From the NCBI RefSeq assembly GCF_009914755.1, contig NC_060933.1: DNA of 64,000 nucleotides. One strand, 5' to 3'. Source of the stretch: the human T2T-CHM13v2.0 reference genome, Homo sapiens. Under the pieces are notes generated by a model. That model searched no databases and was not told the DNA's origin. It saw nothing but the letters and a program-made list of their open reading frames with translations. The translations under genes and the position numbers were made by a program. This document shows positions 55,009 through 64,000 of this stretch, piece by piece. Every line of letters begins with the position of its first letter. The first letter of the stretch is position 1.

Positions 55009-55079
55009 GTAATCAGAACATGTCACATTTTTTGTATTTTTAACAAATTAGATTTCAAAGTTTGGTAGCATGTTCTCAG

Positions 55080-55778
55080 TATGGCTGCCATTATCTCTTT
55101 CCTATATATGCACACCACTCCCCTGTTGAGATAAGAACTTTGTTCTTCCATTCGCTGGAATCTTGGCTGGTTAGTGACTGCTTTAGCCACAGAATATCGT
55201 AAAAATGATACTGCATGGCTTCTGAGACTTGATCATCAGAAGCCTTTGGCTTTTGTCTATATGTTAGTGTTCTACAGAGAAACAGACCCAATAGGATGTA
55301 CAGTCATCCCTTGGTATCTGCCAGGGATTGGTTCCAGGACCCCCACAGATACCCAAATCAGTTGATGTTCAAGTCCTTTATATAAAATGGTGTAGTATTT
55401 GCATATAACCCATACGCATCCTTCTGTATACTTTAAATCATCTCTAGATAACTGATAACTAATATAATGTAATGTGATATAAATTGCTTGGGTTTTCTAT
55501 AATAATATGTATTACAAAATACAGAGAAAGAGGGAAAGAGATGACTGACCAGGCCCCAGCTGCTCCAGTCATCTTAGTCCAGATACCAGACATAGAGTGA
55601 AGAGATTGTTGGATAACTTCAATCTCACTCACCATCTGACTGCGGCTGTAGAAGAGATCCCCAAATGAGAACCATCTAGACAACCTTGTCTATACGCAAA
55701 ACTGTGAAAGATAAAAAGTTATTTTAAGCCACTTAGTTTTGGAGTGGTTTCTTATGTAGTGATAGTTATCTAGAACAG
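55080..55778 (+). mobile_element. MLT1H-like LTR interrupted by MLT2 and MER2 fragments
   Basis: MLT1 5' part 55080-55257 and 3' part about 55550-55778 (ttttaagccacttagttttggagtggtt...tagaaca). Confidence 0.65.
55301..55475 (+). mobile_element. MER2 (Tigger) 5' half
   Basis: TA|cagtcatcccttggtatc...gattggttccaggacccc...tataaaatggtgtagtatttgcatataacc. Confidence 0.85.
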
Positions 55779-55999
55779 AATTTTACTGAAATACCACACT
55801 TGGGAGACTTTTCAACAGGTTAGAAAAGTTAATCTCATGTTTTTATTGAAGTGTGCAGATACAAGTATTTTGTATGAGTATACTCATAAAATTTTTGCAG
55901 AATCATGATAATGAAAAACATTTTCAAGCTTTCATTCCCAAAATGCTTTTTTTGTGGGCAAAAGTCTCTATTTAAAAAGCATTCTTTAAATTACTTATT

Positions 56000-56451
56000 T
56001 TTTAATTTTATTTCCATAGGTTTTGGGGGAATAGGTGGTGTTTGGTTACATGAGTAAGTTCTTTACTGGTGATTTGTGAGATTTTGGTGCACCCGTCACC
56101 CAAGCAGTATGCCCTATACTCAGTTTGTAGTCTTTTATCCCTCACCCTCCTCCAACTCTTTGCCTGGAGTCCCCAGAGTCCGCCGTATCATTCTTATGCC
56201 TTTGCATCCCATAGCTTAGCTCCCACTTATGAGTGAGAACATACGATGTTTGGTTTTCCATTCCTGAGTTACTCCATTTAGAATAATGGTCTCCAGTTCC
56301 ATCCAGTTTGCTGCAAATGCCATTATTTTGTTCCTTTTTATGGCTGAATAGTATTCCATGTTTTATATGTCACATATCCATGTGATATATATATATATAT
56401 ATATATATCACATATCCATGTGATATATATATATATATATCACATATCCAT

Positions 56452-56489
<38 letters not shown>

Positions 56490-56890
56490 AATGTCTTTAT
56501 TCACTCATTGATTGATGGGCATTTGGGCTGGTTCCATATCTTTGCAATTGCAAGTTGTGCTGCTATAAACATGTGTATGCAAGCATCTTTTTCATATAAT
56601 GACTTTTTTCCTCTGGGTAGATATCCAGTAGTGGGATTCCTGGGTCAAATGGTAGTTCTAGTTTCAATTCTTTAAGGAATCTCCACACTGTTTTCTATAG
56701 TGGTTGTACTAGTTTACATTCCACGAGCAGTGTAAAAGTGTTCCCTTTTCACTGCATCCTCACCAACATCTATTATTTTTTGATTTTTTGATTATGGACA
56801 TAAATAAACAATTCTCAAAGGAAGATATACAAATGGCTAATAAACACAAAAAAATGTTCAGCATCACTAATAATCAGGGAAATGCAAATC
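56000..56890 (-). mobile_element. L1PB (PB1-like) 3' end with 5' inversion
   Basis: Antisense L1PB 3'UTR/ORF2 end at 56000-56797, an inverted piece at 56796-56890, and a TSD at about 55985-55999 / 56891-56905. Confidence 0.85.
56371..56490. repeat. Compound minisatellite [CACATATCCATGTG(AT)n]x3, n=12, 9, 16
   Basis: Three identical 14-mers at 56371, 56409 and 56441 separated by pure (AT)n. Confidence 0.95.
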
Positions 56891-57009
56891 TTTTAACTAC
56901 TTATTGTTTAAGTGGCACTTTTCCTAATAGGAGCAGATTAAGTACAATTTTTTTCCAAAACTATCTGCTAAGTGGCATGCTACTAATCACAGTTGTCATC
57001 ACAAAATTT

Positions 57010-57830
57010 AACTTTTTGTAACATTTTATTGTGAAGTAGTTGTGAGAACAGTACAAAGGGTCCTTGAATAATCTTCACATAGATTCCCCAACAGTTATCA
57101 TTTTGTCGTATTTGCTTTATCAGTCTCTCTAAATATGTATGTATGTATATTATTTTTTAATGAACGATCTGAAAGTCAGGTGTAGGCACGATGCTCCTTT
57201 ACATCTACATAGTTCAGTATTTGTTTCCTATGAGCTAGGGCATTGTCTTACAAAACCACAGGGCAAAACCAGGAACTTAACAATGATAGAATACTGCTAT
57301 CCAATCTATGAACTTCATTCAAATTTTACCAATTATTCCAGTAATGTCCTTTTTAGCAAAAAATAAAAGTAAAAATTTTATTTAGAATCAAATTCAGAAT
57401 TATGTACTGCATTTAATTGACACGACTCTTGTCTGTTTTAATTTGGGATGGTTTCTTACTCTTCCTTTGTCTCCCATGACCTTATTTTTGGAAAGTTCAA
57501 GGAATTTGAGTTCATTTCCTCAAGCTTAGAATCATTTTTGGCAACAATACCACAGAAGTGATTCTGTGTCCTTCTCAACCCATCTTATCAAGAGATAAAT
57601 GAGGTCCTTTTGTTCCATTACTGATGGTGTTAACTGAGATCACTTGGTTAAGGTAGTATTTGCCCTGTTTCTCTACTGTCGAATTGCTATTTACTTCTCC
57701 TTTTGTGTTTCGTAGTAGTTTTGGAGGAGATACTTTGAAACTACATCAATATTCTGTTCCTCATGAAATGTTCACCCAGCGTTTTAACATCTACTGATGA
57801 TTATTACTCTGATGATTGCCAAATGGTAGA
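57010..57830 (-). mobile_element. L1MC4/5-like 3' region
   Basis: tttttggcaacaataccacagaagtga...ccattactgatggtgttaac...gatcacttggttaaggt motifs. Confidence 0.7.
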
Positions 57831-58635
57831 TCAGTTGTTCTTGAGAATTTAAAATTTTGTAAAATCAAAATGTATAATCAAGTTTTAATTTTGATCATTC
57901 CTTTAAATACTTTATGTGAGATAATTAGTGAACTATTTTTTATTAAAGAAGTAATTTACTGTTAAAAATATATCTTTTCCTATAACATTTTCTGCAATCG
58001 TTCACAACATATTAGTATTCCTAAATTTTATTTTTGAAATAATACTAAGGAATACCAAAGCTAGAGCATGTTAGATATTTGTCCTTTCTATCTGCAGTGC
58101 AAACCTCCCACATGACATAATTTATTTCCTAAGGGATGCTTCTCCATACCTTTGACAATATTTTCTAGTCATCTTTTAATAATATTTGCTACCAAAGAAA
58201 TGTATATGTTTGTTTCAAAATTGTTCTTGTGCAGTAATTCAGCTATATTTTTTACCATACAGTGAAAAACAAATATATACTTATATCTTCACTTATTAAA
58301 TTAAAAAAATTAAGAGACTTTTAAATAATTATTATTAAGTTTAGAAAATTTTGGAAAATAATGTAGTGAGGTGACATTAATTTGAATAGCTCTAAATATT
58401 TCTACAGAGATTTGTCTTCATGTTCTGAATTATTAGTTATTAAATGTATTATTTGTTTTTTTGGTATCAGTAGGCTCATTAATGGTCTTATTAGTAACAA
58501 GATTCTTTACCGTGAAATTACTTGCTAACATTACTGCATGTAAATCTAATTTTCAGCAATATTCCTGATAATTTTCCTGTTTTTGACCACTTTTTGTAAG
58601 ATCTGGTTAGATTTGTGGAGTTTTCCTTATATAGA

Positions 58636-59247
58636 GAGTCAATTTTCATTATTTGTGATAGTTATATTCTATAAAGTCACCACAATGAATTAGCAAATAC
58701 TGAACCATTGTTCTTAGGGGAAATACAAGGTTAGGTGCCTGTGAACATTTGGTCACAATATTTTCATCACCCAATCATTACATAGCCTTATTTAATGTGC
58801 TTCTGTTTAAAGACATCTTATTTAATACACTTAGGGCCAATAGCACTATAAGTCATGTCTGAAGGAAGCTCCTCTAACACAAATTGCCTCCTGAAGGCAC
58901 ACCACAGCCTTCTTGCACTTAGGAACAACAGACAGCACTTCAGCATGACTCTTCAGTGACATGATCAATAAAAAGCACAAAAACGTGAAAAACATGGCAC
59001 TAAATAGTCCCTGAAAAGGACGCTTGCTTACAATACGAGAACTGAAGCAAGAGGGCAGAGCGTCACCTTGTGTGACTTCAGTTAGCAACATGCAAGTCCG
59101 TTGATGCAACTGTTTCACTGCTGTGCCCATGTCTGTGAATTACCACAAAAGTGCTGTGAGTATTGATTGACATGGGGATTACAAATAAATTTCAGTGAGT
59201 AGACAAATTCACAAATATGGAATTTATGAATAATGAGGGTTGACAGT
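58636..59247 (-). mobile_element. MER82 (Tigger-family) DNA transposon
   Basis: Degenerate TIRs (gagtcaattttcattattt / gaataatgagggttgacag); internal gcagagcgtcaccttg. Confidence 0.75.
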
Positions 59248-61748
59248 CTTTATAGATCAAAACACTCAAACTAGGACTAGAAAAAGTGTTATGTCTTCCT
59301 TTTCTTCTAGTAGCTTCTTGTGCTTTTATTATTAGTCTTATCTCCTGTCCGCAGTGTCTTCGCATAAATCTGTTGAGCTAACTGTCTCCATCTTCGGAGG
59401 ATTTGTTTAGTTAAAACTAGATAGTAGATCCCAGCATTCTGCCTAACTAGATATCTATAAAAATGTGAGCTACAGTATAGCCATCATCTAGATAGAATGG
59501 GTGGAGGCGCCACAGTGAATCATTTTTCCTCCCTCAGAATGCCTCACATACACTGCACCACACACAACCTCTGACAAATAGATCACATGAATCAGCAGTG
59601 TTGATCCACATAGTAAATATTATAAAGCTAATTTCTTTATTAATTTATTGATGAACATAAATTTATGTAGAGACTTTGAGAGTTGAACAGGAAGATGACA
59701 AGTGTGGATGTTTCCTCCTGATATCTTTGATGCCAAGAACCTAACCCAAGAGAGGGAACCGAAGCCCATGTGGATTGATGCAGTAACAGGGAACAAATTT
59801 GTCCATCAACCTGAAGCAGCTAAACACTAATCAAAACATAAGCAAAAGCTGTTTTCTACACAATCAGACAACAAAGGGCAGTGATCTAAGAGATGGTAAA
59901 CAAACGTGGTAAGTTCCATAATGGCCCCAGCTTATTCCCTATGGAGAGTTTCCAAGTCATGGTGCATGGAGAGGAAACCCAGGTGGAGCCCAGCAATGTT
60001 GCTGAGTCTGAAGGCCTCCTGAGGTAGGCGTCCAGGGAGGCCAAGACTTCGAAAGTTCACAGAAAAAAATAACAGTAAGGAGAGAACTTCACAAAGAGCT
60101 CCAAAGAACTGTGAATAGTCCCTCTCAAATCTTCTGCTCAATACTGGTCAGTACATGTATACAAAGAAACTATCCAAGGCTAGGGAAATAACTCAGGTAT
60201 CAGAGGGAACCATCCCTAGACCTCTCATAGACTGGGAATGATTTCTGTTTCCAGTAGCCAGGGTGAAAAACCTCATAAGTCACAGAGCGTTGTGGAAAGT
60301 ATTCAGAAGGGTGTTACCTCAGTAGTGGGGCAAAATTAGCCATGGACAACATACTGGTATGGTTTCGCTTAACAAAGATGAAAACAAGACCGAAAAGGAT
60401 CAAGCTGCTTTTATACCTAATTGCATCCCAGAATAAAGCTCAAGAATATTTATAAGAACACAGAAATTTCCAGGACCCAACAAGGTACAATTTGCAATGT
60501 CTGATGTCCAATAAAAAGTTACCAAGCATGCCAAGAAACATGAAATTACAACATATAATCAGGAGAAAAAAAATAGTCAATCAAAATTGACTCAGAAATG
60601 AGACAAACAATAGAATTTATAGACAAGAATATTAAAGCAGTAATTATAACAGTATTTTATATGTTCAAGAACTAGGCAAAAATTGAAAAATTTAAATATA
60701 GACATGGAAAATATAATAAAGACTCAGTTAAATATCTAGAGATGAAAACTACAACGCCTGAGATGAAAAATACACAGGTTGAAATTAACATCAGATTAGA
60801 TATTGCAGAAGAAAAGATTAGTAAACTTGAAACTATCCAAAATAAAACACAAAGAAAAAACTACTAAAAAAAGTAACAGGGTGTCAGTGAGCTAAGGAAA
60901 AAGTTCGACTCTTCTAATCCATATGTAATTGGAGCCCCTGAAAAAGAAGTTGGACAGAAAAAAATATTTGAAGAAATGAAGGCTAAAAATATTTTGAATT
61001 TAATGAAGAATATAAACCCACAAATCTAAGAAGTTCGATGTACTACAAACACAGAAAACATAAAGAAAACTATACCTAGTACATCATCATTAAATTGCTT
61101 AAAATTAGTAATATTGAGTGTATCTTAAAAGCAGCCAGAGAGCAAAATGACAACAGCAGATTTTACACTGGAAACAATGTAAAACAGAGGATAGTAGAGT
61201 AACATTATTAAAGTACTAAAGGGCAACATGTGTCAACCAAAAATTTCTACCCAGTGAAAACAGATTTCAAAATAAAGATTATTTTAAAACTTTTTAAGTT
61301 CAGGAAAATGAAGTTTTTTTTCAGAAACAAAAAGCTAAAAGAATTTATAACCAGCAAACCTTCATTGTAAGAAACTTTGTAGGAAGTCCTTCAGCCACTA
61401 GGAAAATAATACCAGAGAGAAATAAGAAACTGTAAAACGAATGAAGAACACCAGAAATGGTCATTTTGTGGCAAATATATAGGATTTTTTATTACTTATA
61501 TCTCTTTAAAGCATAATTGCTTAAAAGAATATAAAAATAACACCACAGTGTGTGGTTTATAACATATATAATAGTAAAACTTGACAATAATAGTGCAAGA
61601 CTTCAGAGAGAGGAAATGTAAGTACACTATTGTAAGGAGGTTATACGTGAAAATAGACGGTGTTACGTTAAAGATGCATACTGTCAAGCTTAAATCCAAA
61701 GGCTAAAATAATACAACAGAGTTGTAGGTAGTAAGCCAACAAATGAGG

Positions 61749-62591
<843 letters not shown>

Positions 62592-62791
62592 AAGAGGTGA
62601 AATGAAATTATAAAAATACTGAATCCAAAAGAAAGTGGAAAAAGAACAATGAACAGATAGCACAAATGTAAAACAAATAGAAATATTTTTACCTTAAATC
62701 CAAATATATCAATAAAAATATTTACTGTAAATGGACTTCCTAATTAAACTCTAGAGACATTCAGATTGAAGAAAAGTAAAACTCAGCTATA

Positions 62792-63091
62792 GGCGGGGCG
62801 CGGTAGCTCACGCCTTTAATCCCAGCACTTTGGGAGGCCGAGGCGGGTGGATCACGAGGTCAGGAGATCGAGACCATCCTGGCTAACACGGTAAAACCCC
62901 GTCTCTACTAAAAATACAAAAAATTAGCCGGGCGTGGTGGCGGGTGCCTGTAGTCCCAGCTACTCAGGAGGCTGAGGCAGGAGAATGGCGTGAACCTGGG
63001 AGGCAGAGCTTGCAGTAAGCCGAGATCGCACCACTGCACTCCAGCCTGGGCGACAGAGTGAGACTCTGTCTCAAAAAATAAATAAATAAAT
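62792..63091 (+). mobile_element. AluY
   Basis: gatcacgaggtcaggagatcgagaccatcctggctaacacgg; perfect TSD aaactcagctata at 62779-62791 / 63092-63104. Confidence 0.95.
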
Positions 63092-64000
63092 AAACTCAGC
63101 TATATATACTGACTTCACCAAGCCCACTTTAAATATAAAGACACAAATAGATTAAAAGTAAAAAAGTTGAAAAAGATGTGGCATGCTAACATTAATCAAA
63201 AGAAAGCTAGAGTGGCTATATTAACATTAGGCAAAGGCAATTTCAGAGAAAAAATTATTACCATCAATAATGAAGATCATTTTATAATGATAAAGAGGTG
63301 CATTCATTGGAGGACATAACAATCCCAAATGTTTATATGCATAATAACAGAGCTTCAAATTATATGAAACCAAACTGATAAAATTGCAGTAAGAAATAAA
63401 CAGATCCACAATTACAGCAAAATAATAAATAGACAGAATATTAGTGAGGATATAGAAGACTTGAACAACTCTATTAATCAACTAGAACTATTAATTTTTG
63501 GAGAAGAGTTTATCCAACGACAATAAAAGACACATTTCTTTTCAAATGCATGTATAACATTTACCATAATAGAACAATGGAACATATTCTGGGCCATAAA
63601 ACAAATATCAAAAAATTTAAAATGGTTCAAACAAAACAAGTATGCTCTTTTATTACAATAGAACTAAATTAGAAATCAAAACCAGAAAGATATCTGAAAA
63701 TTTCCCCTGAATATTTGAAATTAAATAATACATTACTCTACAGCTTGTGTCATAGAGAAAATCAAAAGGAAAATTGGAAGATATTTTTAACTTAATGAAA
63801 ATGAACACATTGCATACCTAAATGTATCTGAGGAGGATAAAGCAATACTTAGAATTTATAATTTATATCAAAAAAGAAAAAAGGCCTCAAATGTTGACCC
63901 TCAGTGTGCACCCTAAGAAATGAGAAAAAAGAAAAACAAGAGACCTAAAGAAAGCAGCAGAAAGGAAATGAAAATCAGACAAAGATATTACAATAAAAGA

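Noticed and set aside
56371-56490. CRISPR-like repeat-spacer appearance with palindromic repeats
   Set aside because: Repeats are only 14 bp, the spacers are (AT)n microsatellite, there are no cas genes, and it lies in a human L1.

Overview
This is primate, almost certainly human, genomic DNA rather than prokaryotic DNA. It is a gene-poor, repeat-rich interval (Alu, L1, L2, MIR, MaLR/ERVL/ERV1 LTRs, hAT/Tigger fossils) with one CpG-island promoter near 40.1-40.8 kb. From that island I can assemble a two-exon 121-aa ORF (40398-40565 + 48229-48426, GT-AG intron of 7663 nt) that the ORF track misses because it is spliced. From memory it matches C9orf170/LINC02872 (9q21.33, between GAS1 and DAPK1); this needs BLAT confirmation. 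Exon 2 appears entirely transposon-derived: the splice acceptor and first 11 codons come from an MLT2 LTR and the rest from an L2 relic, which is the anatomy of a de novo gene candidate. Other notable structures are a near-consensus AluYa8 (rare, human-specific subfamily), a 95-bp perfect non-tandem duplication, a twin-primed L1PB with a 5' inversion that contains a palindromic hairpin/(AT)n minisatellite, a perfect (TG)n/(CA)n inverted repeat, and nested transposons. I found no CRISPR array, tRNA, rRNA or conserved protein-coding gene, and no evidence for a new multi-gene system. Repeat family names and boundaries were assigned by eye and are approximate unless TSDs are given.
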